The notes beneath the pieces were generated by a model. That model saw nothing but the letters and a program-made list of their open reading frames with translations, was not told the origin of the DNA and ran no database searches. A stretch of 64,000 bases of DNA from contig BOLA01000001.1 in NCBI GenBank assembly GCA_016861265.1, forward strand, positions 523,569 to 587,568. The letters are read 5' to 3'. Positions 9,755 through 19,427 of the stretch are shown here, piece after piece; position 1 is the first letter of the stretch; every line of letters begins with the position of its first letter. The position numbers and the translations under genes are program-made. The stretch comes from Patescibacteria group bacterium. Lineage in GTDB: Bacteria; Patescibacteriota; Dojkabacteria; J137.

Positions 9755-10945
9755 TTACAAACTTAATGATGGCTCTCTGTCCAGAGAATCAAAATCTTGA
9801 GTAAATATTAAATTTTGTGGGTTATGTTTAAGATTTTCCAAACCTAACTGAGCTGTCTTTATATTTGCAACTAATCCAATCATTGCTGCATTATCACCAG
9901 TCAGTTTTTTTGTATAAGGGTAGAGTGTTTCTACATTAAATTCTTTTGCCACTTTTCTTAATTCACTTCTTAATCTTGCTGATGCAACTACACCTCCTCC
10001 TAGCCACAACTGCTTAACACTGTGTTCTTTTAAAGCCTTTCTTAACTTGACTTTTAATTGTTCAATTGCTGCGGCTTCAAAGAGTACACATAAATCAATA
10101 ATTTGATCCTTTGATAAATCCATATCTCCCTCAACCTCCTGGGAGTGACTTAAAGTATTGCCACTAATTGAAGTCACTAATTGCTTAAATGCAGTCTTTA
10201 GTCCTGAATAGCTCATATTTAGATTTCCCGAGTTAACCATTGCTACAGGCAATTCATAAGTGATATCTGTTTTTTTGTTAGTAGTTTGAACTTTAACAGA
10301 CAGATTATCTTTAACTAACTTAAATGAATAGTTTTTTCTATTTTCTTTGGAAAATTTTGTAATAATTGGACCAGCTGGGTAACCGAACCCCAGAATTCTT
10401 CCGCATTTATCGTAGGCTTCCCCACAGGAATCATCTACGGTTTCCCCTATTTTTTTATAGTTGCCAAATTCATTAACTAATACAATTTCAGTATGTCCTC
10501 CTGAAATTAAAAATCCCAATGCCGGAAACTGAGCATTAAATTGTTTTGGATTTTCAGAGTTAGGCATTGCCAAGGCAGATAGTAAATGACCTTCCATATG
10601 ATTAACTGCCAGAAGAGGTTTGTTAAACTCTATTGCTAACTGCTTGGCTTTACGTAAACCAACTTCTAAGGCAATTGCTAGCCCAGGACCATAAGTTACC
10701 GAGATTGTATTAATCTGCTCCATAGATACACCCGATTTTTTTAATGCTTGATTAACCACATTGTCAATTCGTTCAGAGTGAGCCAACTTCGCTAGAGATG
10801 GAACCACACCTCCAAATTTTTGATGATATTCCATTTGAGAAGGCATAATACTAGCCAGAATAGTTCTTCCTTTTACGACAGCAACTGAAGTCTCGTCACA
10901 AGAAGTATCAATTGCCAATGTTATTATTGAATCCAAATTTTGCAT
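9755..10945 (-). CDS. tsaD: tRNA N6-adenosine threonylcarbamoyltransferase TsaD (Kae1/YgjD family)
   Basis: LAIDTSCDETSVAV, metal-binding HMEGH and the GPG...G motifs of the ASKHA fold. 396 aa with an insertion. Confidence 0.85.
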   Translation of the reverse strand: MQNLDSIITLAIDTSCDETSVAVVKGRTILASIMPSQMEYHQKFGGVVPSLAKLAHSERIDNVVNQALKKSGVSMEQINTISVTYGPGLAIALEVGLRKAKQLAIEFNKPLLAVNHMEGHLLSALAMPNSENPKQFNAQFPALGFLISGGHTEIVLVNEFGNYKKIGETVDDSCGEAYDKCGRILGFGYPAGPIITKFSKENRKNYSFKLVKDNLSVKVQTTNKKTDITYELPVAMVNSGNLNMSYSGLKTAFKQLVTSISGNTLSHSQEVEGDMDLSKDQIIDLCVLFEAAAIEQLKVKLRKALKEHSVKQLWLGGGVVASARLRSELRKVAKEFNVETLYPYTKKLTGDNAAMIGLVANIKTAQLGLENLKHNPQNLIFTQDFDSLDREPSLSL

Positions 10946-10977
10946 AGCTGAATTATACCTTATAGTATACTCTTCGG

Positions 10978-11466
10978 CTATTACAAACCTAATTCTGTAA
11001 GAACATCTGTAGGATATTTATAGGAGTGATCGGTAGATTCCTTGGTTATTAACTTGTAGTTTAACCCACTTAAAAGTTCTCTTACTTGTTCTGCACTTCC
11101 GTGTGAATCTTGTGTATTTTGTATAACTGAGAAGTTTTGTATTTTTCCTAGATTGAAATAAACGTCTAATTCTTCTTTTGTTCAATCATTTATTGGAATA
11201 CCCATCAGTATTAATTTATCCGGAACATTCTGTAATAGCATTCCTGCAGCTATATAAGTACCTATCGATTTAGCAACAATAGAGAAGGGCTCTGTAATAT
11301 TTAATCTTATTAGTCTTAACTCTTCTTGAGGATTCCATTCAATATTTTCAATCCAATGTCTCCAATTATGAACATATACTTTTTCACCTTTAGCTGATAG
11401 AGCGGAGGCTATCGCCTCCGCTTCTTCTTTGTTTTTTATTGAGAATCCTGGTAAAACTAAAATCAT
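10978..11466 (-). pseudogene. alpha/beta-hydrolase-like gene interrupted by an in-frame TGA at 11182-11184
   Basis: The 94-aa ORF (11182-11466) is followed after the TGA by 67 more codons in the same frame (TKEELDVYFNLGKIQNFSVIQNTQDSHGSAEQVRELL...), ending at TAA 10978-10980. Confidence 0.4.
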
Positions 11467-12074
11467 ATTTCCTTTCGTAGAAAGTGTCTATTAACTTCGT
11501 CCCAATTTACTACATTCCAAAAAGCTTCAATATATTCTGGTCTTCTATTCTGATATTTTAAATAGTAGGCATGTTCCCAAACATCTAAACCAAGAATTGG
11601 TCGCTTTCCTTGCATAATTGGTGCATCTTGATTGGCGGAACTCCATACTTCAAGTTTGCCATCTTTATCTATTGTCAACCAAGCCCATCCGCTTCCGAAT
11701 CTCTTAGTTGCAGCTTCAGTAAACTGTTGTTTGAAAGTCTCGAAGTTACCAAAAATATCGTTGATTGCATCCTTTAGTTCATTGCTTGGTTCTTTGGCTC
11801 CATCTTTTCCAAGGGTATGCCAAAAGAATGTATGGTTATAGTGGCCACCAGCATTATTAATTACAGCCTGCCTAATATCTTCCGGCAGACTAGCAGTATT
11901 GGCTAATAACTCCTCTAAAGATTTTTCTTTAAATTCAGGGTGCTTTTCCAAGGCAGCATTCAAATTGTTTACATATGCTTGGTGGTGCTTGGAGTAGTGT
12001 ATTTCCATTGTCTGAGCATCTATAAATGGCTCAAGGGCATCGAATGAGTAAGGTAATTTTGGAAGTTCGTGCAT
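11463..12074 (-). CDS. sodA: Fe/Mn superoxide dismutase
   Basis: [20 protein letters not shown] and DVWEHAYYL motifs. Confidence 0.92.
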   Translation of the reverse strand: MHELPKLPYSFDALEPFIDAQTMEIHYSKHHQAYVNNLNAALEKHPEFKEKSLEELLANTASLPEDIRQAVINNAGGHYNHTFFWHTLGKDGAKEPSNELKDAINDIFGNFETFKQQFTEAATKRFGSGWAWLTIDKDGKLEVWSSANQDAPIMQGKRPILGLDVWEHAYYLKYQNRRPEYIEAFWNVVNWDEVNRHFLRKEI

Positions 12075-12167
12075 AAGTGCTTTTTAAAAGATAATGCTTT
12101 TAAAAGTATATCATAGTATATTTAGATAGAATTTGTTTTAAAGAGTTGTACAAAATATATAATCATA

Positions 12168-13052
12168 ATGAACACAATAATTAAACAGAAAGAATTCATG
12201 AATACTACAATAACCTTTAAGGTTATTCAAGATTCCGAGAAAACCGTAGATATATTAAATGCAATGGAAGAGGGTTTTGGTGAGTTCGATAGAATTGTTA
12301 AAACATACACCAGGTTTGAAGAAACTAGTGAACTATCGAATCTGAATAGACAACAGGGCAGATGGATAAATATTTCAGAAGAATTCTGCTACTTAATTGA
12401 CTACATGTTAACTCTAGCCGAAAGAACGAGCGGAGCGTTTGACCCAACTGTAATAGACTTCTTAGAAACATACGGCTACGATAAAAACTATGATTTCACT
12501 AAACTTGAGAAACCAGAATTAGATGCAATGGTGCAAAAACTTGTAAAGGAGAGGCCTTCCTTTCGGGAGATTGAACTCGATAAAGAAAATCTTAAGGTTA
12601 AACTCGTTAAGAACCAAAGGCTCGATTTAGGAGGAATTGGGAAAGGCTATGCAATAGATTGTGCTTACAATAAATTAAATATATTTGATAATTTTTTAAT
12701 TGATGGAGGAGGAGATATTAGGGTAAAAGGCAAGAACGATAAAAAAGAACTTTGGATTGTTGATTTACTTGGCTTTAAAAATGAGAAAAAGCAGATAGTA
12801 GGACAAGTACAACTTAACAACGAGTCGATTGCGGGTTCTGGATCATGGGCAAGAAAATTTAAACAATTTCACCATTTAATAAATCCGACAACTGGTAAAC
12901 CACAAAACACTTATTCAACCGTTTTTGTACAAGCACCTACCTCAATTGAATCTGATTCCTGGGCAACAGCATTATTTGTTGGGGGAAATCAAATTACAAA
13001 TCTAATGCCAGAAAGTTTTAAATATTTTTTGATTGAGAATACTCTAGACTAA
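12168..13052 (+). CDS. apbE: FAD:protein FMN transferase (ApbE family)
   Basis: AFDPTV, GGIGKGYAID and HHLINPTTG motifs. Confidence 0.75.
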   Translation: MNTIIKQKEFMNTTITFKVIQDSEKTVDILNAMEEGFGEFDRIVKTYTRFEETSELSNLNRQQGRWINISEEFCYLIDYMLTLAERTSGAFDPTVIDFLETYGYDKNYDFTKLEKPELDAMVQKLVKERPSFREIELDKENLKVKLVKNQRLDLGGIGKGYAIDCAYNKLNIFDNFLIDGGGDIRVKGKNDKKELWIVDLLGFKNEKKQIVGQVQLNNESIAGSGSWARKFKQFHHLINPTTGKPQNTYSTVFVQAPTSIESDSWATALFVGGNQITNLMPESFKYFLIENTLD

Positions 13053-13707
13053 CTCTAAATCCTGATTTAATAACTGTCTCTATTACGCCTTTGTCTTTGT
13101 AATTTCCTAGCTTTGATCTAAGTCTGCTTACTAATGTATCTACAGCACCCAAAGTAACAGAGTCATCTAGCACCTTAGATAAAACTTCCTCTCTGGAAAA
13201 TATTTTATCTTTATTACTAAATAATAAGTAAGCGAGGTTGAATTCATTATAGGTCAAGTATATTTCTTTGTTATTTTTAATGCACATTCTATGTTTGGGA
13301 TTAAGGTAAATATCGCCAATTTCCAAAAAATTCTCCTTGCTTTTTTGTTTTATTAAATTATTTATTTGAGCTTCTAAAATTTTGTAGTTAATTGGTTTAT
13401 TGTGAATTAAGTTTGCTCCCGATTTATATGTTTCAATCTCGTTTTCTTCTGAATGAGTATCGGTCATAATTATTACGGGACAATCCACAACCTTATCTCT
13501 AATTCTTCTTAATACAGTAATTCCATTAAATTTAGGCAGGAATAAATCAATAATCGCTAAATCAAAATCTTGCTTTCTTGTTAACCTAATTGCTTCTTCA
13601 CCATCCATACAGGAATGAACATCGTAGTTCTTATTCTCTAAGAAACGTCGAACAAAGTAATTAGAAGATTTATCGTCTTCAGCTACCAAGATACTAGACC
13701 TATCCAT
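13018..13707 (-). CDS. OmpR-family response regulator (receiver plus winged-helix DNA-binding domain)
   Basis: Receiver domain DLAIIDLFLPKFNG and a C-terminal wHTH (RVSLEY...). No histidine kinase lies adjacent. Confidence 0.75.
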   Translation of the reverse strand: MDRSSILVAEDDKSSNYFVRRFLENKNYDVHSCMDGEEAIRLTRKQDFDLAIIDLFLPKFNGITVLRRIRDKVVDCPVIIMTDTHSEENEIETYKSGANLIHNKPINYKILEAQINNLIKQKSKENFLEIGDIYLNPKHRMCIKNNKEIYLTYNEFNLAYLLFSNKDKIFSREEVLSKVLDDSVTLGAVDTLVSRLRSKLGNYKDKGVIETVIKSGFRVSLEYSQSKNI

Positions 13708-13780
13708 ATATTGATAATTAAAAATAATTGATGGAGTTTATTAATTTTGAAAGCAAAGTAACAATGTAATGGATTACAAT

Positions 13781-14326
13781 TTACTTTCTCGTAGAATTCG
13801 ATGCTGAAATTTTCTTGTTTAGCTCAACAACCTTTCCTACACCAATCTTAATGTGAGGTTTAATATAGTGAAAGAAGAGAATCTCGACAATAACTAGGAG
13901 TAAATCAATTAACAATATCGTCTGTAAATCTAAACCGTATAATTTTAAATATACGGTAAGTGAAATTGCGACACAAAACAAAATACCTCTTCGTACTGCA
14001 TCAAAAATTGAAGCCTTCTCGTAAAAGTTTTTAAAAAAGAATTTATCAATTATCAAATGTAGACCTATGAATATGCATAAAATTCCAGAAATAAATACTG
14101 CTGATGCAATTAATGCATTATTTGATAGATATTCTAGTATCTGATTCTTGTCTATTAAAATCTGAATTGTAGAATTCAGGACATCCCATTCACCAGGCTT
14201 TATATTATTAGCCTCTATAAGATGCTGTATTTGATTTAAGTTAAATGGAGAGAAGTTTACAAAAAAGTACCTTGCTAAAAATAGCAAAAAAACTCCTAAC
14301 GCCAGTAATATTACTACACGCTTCAT
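13781..14326 (-). CDS. membrane protein, unknown function
   Basis: 181 aa with 4 transmembrane segments. Confidence 0.5.
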   Translation of the reverse strand: MKRVVILLALGVFLLFLARYFFVNFSPFNLNQIQHLIEANNIKPGEWDVLNSTIQILIDKNQILEYLSNNALIASAVFISGILCIFIGLHLIIDKFFFKNFYEKASIFDAVRRGILFCVAISLTVYLKLYGLDLQTILLIDLLLVIVEILFFHYIKPHIKIGVGKVVELNKKISASNSTRK

Positions 14327-14373
14327 TTACAAAAATTCTGATATACTTTAAATAATTATTTAAATTTCTCTAT

Positions 14374-15240
14374 ATGGATAATAATACACTAAAAAAAAGA
14401 CCTTCAATTATGGAAGTTTTAAGCAGTGATCCAAAAGAGAATACTGGAAACAGTGTTGAGACAACGGAATCCGGGATATTTCCAAACAATAGTAAACGAG
14501 CAAAAAAAATGGAACCGATTGAATCACCTGTAAAAGAAGTTATAAAGGAGAGGGTTGTAGTTGAGTATAGAGATAAAGGTAGAGGTTGCTCCTCAGGCCC
14601 TGGATGCAGCTGTGGATGCAGAACTTTTACTTGTGGAGGTTGTCTCCTATTTGTACTTGCAATAATTGGAATTGCCTACGTGATAATAAATAAGCCTGCA
14701 TTTATATGGAGTGAAGTAGTAACTTTTCTAAACGATGATCAAAGAGCACCCACATACAAACAGCAGGATTTAGCCAATCTACAGGAATCAATCAATAGCC
14801 AGATTAGTAACATTGGCGAAGTGCAAATAAACCTAACTCAGGATCAATTAACCACATTGGTGAGAAACCAGGCTACACAATTAAACGACTTAACAATTGA
14901 AATAAATCCTCAACAACTTAATATATACTTTTTTCTCGATAAGAGCCTGCCTGCAAAACCTTTATATGGAATTGTTAATATTACACAATCATCGGACGGT
15001 AAACTTGAAATTTCAAGAATAGGAACTGGTTTAATTCCTTTGCCAGACTTTATAAATAAGACTGCAACTAACGGAGTCTATTCAATTCTAAATATTGATA
15101 ATTCTAGCCAAAATCAAAGTCCACTAAGCATTCTGAGTAGTATATTTAATTCGCAAAATCTTACAATTAAATCAGTAGAATTACAGGAAGGTACTGTTAA
15201 AATTACCGCAGATGTTAAAGTAAATTTATTTGAACAATGA
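14374..15240 (+). CDS. hypothetical membrane-anchored protein with a Cys-rich juxtamembrane segment
   Basis: GRGCSSGPGCSCGCRTFTCGGC immediately before a transmembrane helix, then an extracellular Q/N/S-rich region. Confidence 0.5.
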   Translation: MDNNTLKKRPSIMEVLSSDPKENTGNSVETTESGIFPNNSKRAKKMEPIESPVKEVIKERVVVEYRDKGRGCSSGPGCSCGCRTFTCGGCLLFVLAIIGIAYVIINKPAFIWSEVVTFLNDDQRAPTYKQQDLANLQESINSQISNIGEVQINLTQDQLTTLVRNQATQLNDLTIEINPQQLNIYFFLDKSLPAKPLYGIVNITQSSDGKLEISRIGTGLIPLPDFINKTATNGVYSILNIDNSSQNQSPLSILSSIFNSQNLTIKSVELQEGTVKITADVKVNLFEQ

Positions 15241-16160
15241 TATACCTATTTTGTGGAGAGGATTATTACGAAAGCTTTAATCGATGCACCATAACAGCAC
15301 AAAATTTAGCTGCTAAAACTAGTTCCAATATTAATATAGTAAATGCAGACGAGCTAACAGATATTAACTATATACTTCAATTATTGGATGGAGTAGATAT
15401 GTTCTCATCTACCGGAATTCTAGTCCTTAAAAGACTTATAAATAATAAAAAATTCATCGAATATTTTGCAGATAACTTTGATAGACTTTCTCATTTCGAC
15501 ATAATAATTTGGCAGGATAATAAGGTAGACTCAAAACTAAAGCTCGTAAAAAAAATTGCTGAGAAAAAACTTTTGTTTAATTCAGAATTGCCTAAAGAAG
15601 GAGAAATGAAAAACTGGATAATGACTAAAGCTAAAGAAAAAGGACTTTTGTTAAATATTAATCAAGCTAACTTTCTTTTTGAAAGATATCAATTTAATAA
15701 GTACAGCATTATAAGTGAACTTGAGAAATTGAATATGTATTTAAAAGTAAAAAATAAGAAGACATTAACTGAAGATGTAATGGAGGAAGTAATGGGCTTC
15801 AATATAAAAGGGGATATGTGGAAATTTTTAGACTACTTTAGCAATAAAAATAAATTAAAAGCTTTAGTTGAATTCGAGAAAATAACTAAGTACGAAGATA
15901 ACTCTCAGTTATTAATAAGTATGCTTAATAGAGAACTAAAGTTAATATCGCAATATAAATACGTAAAGGAAAGTGGAAGAGACTTATCAGAATTAAAACT
16001 GCCTCCTTTTATAATAAAAAAAACCGCGGATAAATCAAAGAATTTTACAGCCCAAGAAGTGAAGATGTTAATAAAAAGATTATTCGACTTGGACTTTGCA
16101 ATAAAAACAGGAAGTGTGGAAGAAAAGTCTGCATTGGTATTATTCTTAGCCACAATATAA
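15237..16160 (+). CDS. holA: DNA polymerase III delta subunit
   Basis: N-terminal IYLFCGEDYY and overall helical clamp-loader-like organisation. Size 307 aa. Start overlaps the upstream stop. Confidence 0.55.
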   Translation: MIYLFCGEDYYESFNRCTITAQNLAAKTSSNINIVNADELTDINYILQLLDGVDMFSSTGILVLKRLINNKKFIEYFADNFDRLSHFDIIIWQDNKVDSKLKLVKKIAEKKLLFNSELPKEGEMKNWIMTKAKEKGLLLNINQANFLFERYQFNKYSIISELEKLNMYLKVKNKKTLTEDVMEEVMGFNIKGDMWKFLDYFSNKNKLKALVEFEKITKYEDNSQLLISMLNRELKLISQYKYVKESGRDLSELKLPPFIIKKTADKSKNFTAQEVKMLIKRLFDLDFAIKTGSVEEKSALVLFLATI

Positions 16161-16204
16161 ATTTCAACCTGTTAGTAGGCAAATTAATAATGTAAAATAT
16201 TATT

Positions 16205-17398
16205 ATGCGAAAATTAGCATCTGTATTACTAACAATTACATTACTGTTTCCACTTAATGTTCAAGCCCTAGAAGTAAAAGGGGTAGAAACTTTGGGTCTC
16301 GACACATCTATTTTTAAGACCGTTTACGATGTGGGTCTTCCTTCAAAAGTAATAATTGCTCCAATATTTATGCCTACACAGGTACGATTAACCGAAGCTA
16401 GTTGGATAAAAGGTATATATTACTACACGGTAGAAAGATTGGGTTATCCAACACTGCCTTATCATTATCTAATTGACAGCGATGGAAATGTCTACGACAG
16501 TAAAAGTACAGATGACAGAGTAGTTAATATAAAAGATGTTAATGAGAATACAATTGTTATAGGTTATCTTACTCAAGCAAATGCCACTTCATTTAGCGAC
16601 GATACAAAATCAAATCTTGGAGAGCTAATACTTGATGTCGTAAATAGAAATGGAATTAAATTAGAAGATGTGAGTGTGAGTGGCCTTAGATTCACCAAGC
16701 AGACTAGCTCAAATAATGTATTTTTAGAAAAAACTGATATATTTGGTTTGTGGCAGAATTCACTAAATTCAATAATTGATACCATTAGATCAAATTATTC
16801 TCCTACATTAAGGGAATATAATATTGCCGTAAATTCTACCTCTATTATTGCAACCGATATTGTGGCTGGTGAAGAAACTGACGGAACAATAAAAATAACA
16901 AATAAAGGACCTACAAACATTTATATAGGCGACTCGACCTATCTAGTTGCAGAAAAAACAGACGGGAGTAATAGTAAGTTTTATTTAAATAATGTATGGG
17001 TTTCTCAATCTCAATTTCCAGCAGTAGATGAACCTCAGACTTTTAAGATTGACCAGACAATTGAGATCCCTTTTAAGATAAGAGCTCCTTTATACATAGG
17101 AGAACAAACTGAAGACTTTAAAATAAAACTTATTGGTAATGGAAACTTAAATTCAGATACATTCCAAGTAAAACTAAATGTCCAAAGAGGCGATAAGAAA
17201 ATTATTCAAATACAAGAAACTGAGACTAATTTTTTAAGAGTAAGAGGTGAACCATCTACTGCGGCCGAGGAAATAGGCAGAGTAGACTCGGGTGGAAGAT
17301 ATATAGTATTAGAGGAAAATGAAGACGGATTCTATAAAATTGACCTAGGTGGAGGCAGCTCCGGATGGGTAGCAGCTTGGTTAGTAGACGTTGTGTAA
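16205..17398 (+). CDS. secreted N-acetylmuramoyl-L-alanine amidase (Amidase_2/PGRP-like) with a C-terminal SH3b domain
   Basis: Signal peptide, HYLIDSDGNVYD motif and a C-terminal YKIDLGGGSSGWVAAWLV (SH3_3-like). Confidence 0.55.
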   Translation: MRKLASVLLTITLLFPLNVQALEVKGVETLGLDTSIFKTVYDVGLPSKVIIAPIFMPTQVRLTEASWIKGIYYYTVERLGYPTLPYHYLIDSDGNVYDSKSTDDRVVNIKDVNENTIVIGYLTQANATSFSDDTKSNLGELILDVVNRNGIKLEDVSVSGLRFTKQTSSNNVFLEKTDIFGLWQNSLNSIIDTIRSNYSPTLREYNIAVNSTSIIATDIVAGEETDGTIKITNKGPTNIYIGDSTYLVAEKTDGSNSKFYLNNVWVSQSQFPAVDEPQTFKIDQTIEIPFKIRAPLYIGEQTEDFKIKLIGNGNLNSDTFQVKLNVQRGDKKIIQIQETETNFLRVRGEPSTAAEEIGRVDSGGRYIVLEENEDGFYKIDLGGGSSGWVAAWLVDVV

Positions 17399-18289
17399 CT
17401 AGAATCTAAGTTTGTTTCTAATCTTATAAACTAACTTTATTAGACCATATAGTCTGGTATCTATAACAACATCAACGGTATCGGCAAATTCAATTAGTTC
17501 TCCTCCAAAACCTGCCTTAAATCTTGAATATCCATCGCTTAGATCTTGTTTAATTCCGAATAAATCAAGTATTTTATAACCATTCTGTTTTCCATATTTA
17601 ATCAGTTCCCACACCAATGCATATGGAGCCATTAAGTTTTTATGCTCTTCAGAAGATCCGCCATAAACATAAGTTAGTGTATTATCGTATGCTATAACAA
17701 ACCAGCTGGCTAGTGGTACTTCTTCGTAATAGGCCGTGGCAATAAATACCTTATCTCTGAAATGTTTCCAAACGGTTTTTAAATAGTTTTCACTTCTTCC
17801 TGCATATTTCTGTCTTTTTAGAGTTTTTAAGTACAAATCAACAAACAAGTCTAATTCTGAATCTTTGTTTGAAATAGACACCTTTACGCCTTTTTTTTGA
17901 GCTAGTTTTAAGTTGTATCGAGACTTCTGCTTCATGTTGGCCAACAATTCATCTTCTGATTTTTCTAAGTTAAGATAAACCGTATTTGGCAAGTGAATTG
18001 GTAAACCTTCCGCAATATTCGATACCTTTCCCTTTAAATATTGTCTGGAATCTATTTCTGTTTTCAAGTTTTCAGGATCAATAGTTATAAAAACACACTT
18101 TGCTTCCTTTGCTGACTTAACTAAACTTGTGTAATCAATTTTAGTTAAATCTACCCTAGGCATATAGCCAATATACTTATTTACAAGTGGTAATTTGGTT
18201 GTCTGAAAGAAGTAGTGACCAATAGGAAAACATTTATTTCCCAGATCGGTTTTTGTATCAAACCATTGCTGACTCTGTAAAAAATTCAT
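17399..18289 (-). CDS. FemAB-family peptidoglycan interpeptide-bridge aminoacyltransferase
   Basis: GNAT-like tandem fold, C-terminal FK.GFGG motif. Confidence 0.65.
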   Translation of the reverse strand: MNFLQSQQWFDTKTDLGNKCFPIGHYFFQTTKLPLVNKYIGYMPRVDLTKIDYTSLVKSAKEAKCVFITIDPENLKTEIDSRQYLKGKVSNIAEGLPIHLPNTVYLNLEKSEDELLANMKQKSRYNLKLAQKKGVKVSISNKDSELDLFVDLYLKTLKRQKYAGRSENYLKTVWKHFRDKVFIATAYYEEVPLASWFVIAYDNTLTYVYGGSSEEHKNLMAPYALVWELIKYGKQNGYKILDLFGIKQDLSDGYSRFKAGFGGELIEFADTVDVVIDTRLYGLIKLVYKIRNKLRF

Positions 18290-18290
18290 A

Positions 18291-19343
18291 TTAATATCTA
18301 TCCTTTCTATAAATATAAGCTTCCATTAGCCTTTGCAACTTATAATTTGCACTTGTAGGAATATCTAGACCTCCCACATAGTCAAATTCGCTACCTCCAA
18401 ATCTTTTTTTAAATTCACTAACCCCATTCATTCCATTGTTTACGCTCTTTCCTTCAGGAATTATTCCCCACATATTATAAGTTACAAAACCCTTTTGTTT
18501 TAAATCTTTTATAATTTCCCAGTGCAGTAAGTAAGACGCACCGTACTTTTGTATTTCTTTATTGTTTACCGAACCACCATGGGAATAGTAACCAATATTA
18601 TTATAAGTATTAATTAATGCTCCAGAAATATACTGACCGTTTAATTTTGCTAAATACAAATTAAACATCGAGTTTTTTAAATATTCAAATTGCTTAATAA
18701 AATAATCTTCGGAAAAACTTGCAAAATCATGTCTTTGAGTTGTGCTGCTAAGTATTTTGTAAAATTCCCTAACTTGTTCTAGAGTGTTAGTCTTTTCCAC
18801 TGTAATTCCAACTTTTACCGAATTTCGAATATTGTATCTTGCAACCTTTTTCATATCTGCCAGTAAATGCTCCTCATCTTTTTGAATATCAATTTGCCAA
18901 ACATATTTAGCCTGAGTCGGAGCCATAGACTTTATAAAACCTACCGATTCTAATATTTCCAAATTATTCACAGATACTAACGGGTCAATTCTAAAGCAAT
19001 TTAAATTTCTTTCTGCTGCAAATTTATACTCCCAATTTTTAATCTCGTTGAATACATCGGCAAATACATTTCCTTGTTCGTTAATCTTAGAAAAATTTAT
19101 TACTGGACCATAAGGAGAGTAAGCATATTTAGCAAGTTTTCTCCTAAAGATCTCAATATAAAAATTTCCAATAAATTCCTGATTATATTGAATTAAATAC
19201 ATTTCTATTTCTTTTCCTAAGGATTTTTGAAAATTAATCCAATCAATGGAAGTCAAAAAGGAAGAATTACTTGATTGATTAATAGATTCCCAAATTTCAG
19301 AATGAGAATCTTCGTATTTTATGAATGAAAGATTTAAAGACAT
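18291..19343 (-). CDS. FemAB-family peptidoglycan interpeptide-bridge aminoacyltransferase (paralog)
   Basis: C-terminal FKKRFGG plus a coiled-coil insert typical of FemA/FemX. Confidence 0.65.
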   Translation of the reverse strand: MSLNLSFIKYEDSHSEIWESINQSSNSSFLTSIDWINFQKSLGKEIEMYLIQYNQEFIGNFYIEIFRRKLAKYAYSPYGPVINFSKINEQGNVFADVFNEIKNWEYKFAAERNLNCFRIDPLVSVNNLEILESVGFIKSMAPTQAKYVWQIDIQKDEEHLLADMKKVARYNIRNSVKVGITVEKTNTLEQVREFYKILSSTTQRHDFASFSEDYFIKQFEYLKNSMFNLYLAKLNGQYISGALINTYNNIGYYSHGGSVNNKEIQKYGASYLLHWEIIKDLKQKGFVTYNMWGIIPEGKSVNNGMNGVSEFKKRFGGSEFDYVGGLDIPTSANYKLQRLMEAYIYRKDRY

Positions 19344-19365
19344 ATGTTTAGTTTAATTAAAAGTA

Positions 19366-19387
19366 AGGCAGGTAACAACCTGCCTTA
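19366..19387 (-). terminator. rho-independent terminator-like hairpin downstream of dnaN
   Basis: aaggcagg taacaa cctgcctt is a perfect 8-bp stem followed on the minus strand by a T-rich stretch. Confidence 0.5.
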
Positions 19388-19427
19388 AATATTATTTCTT
19401 TGATTCTATTTAATGATAAAAATAGTC

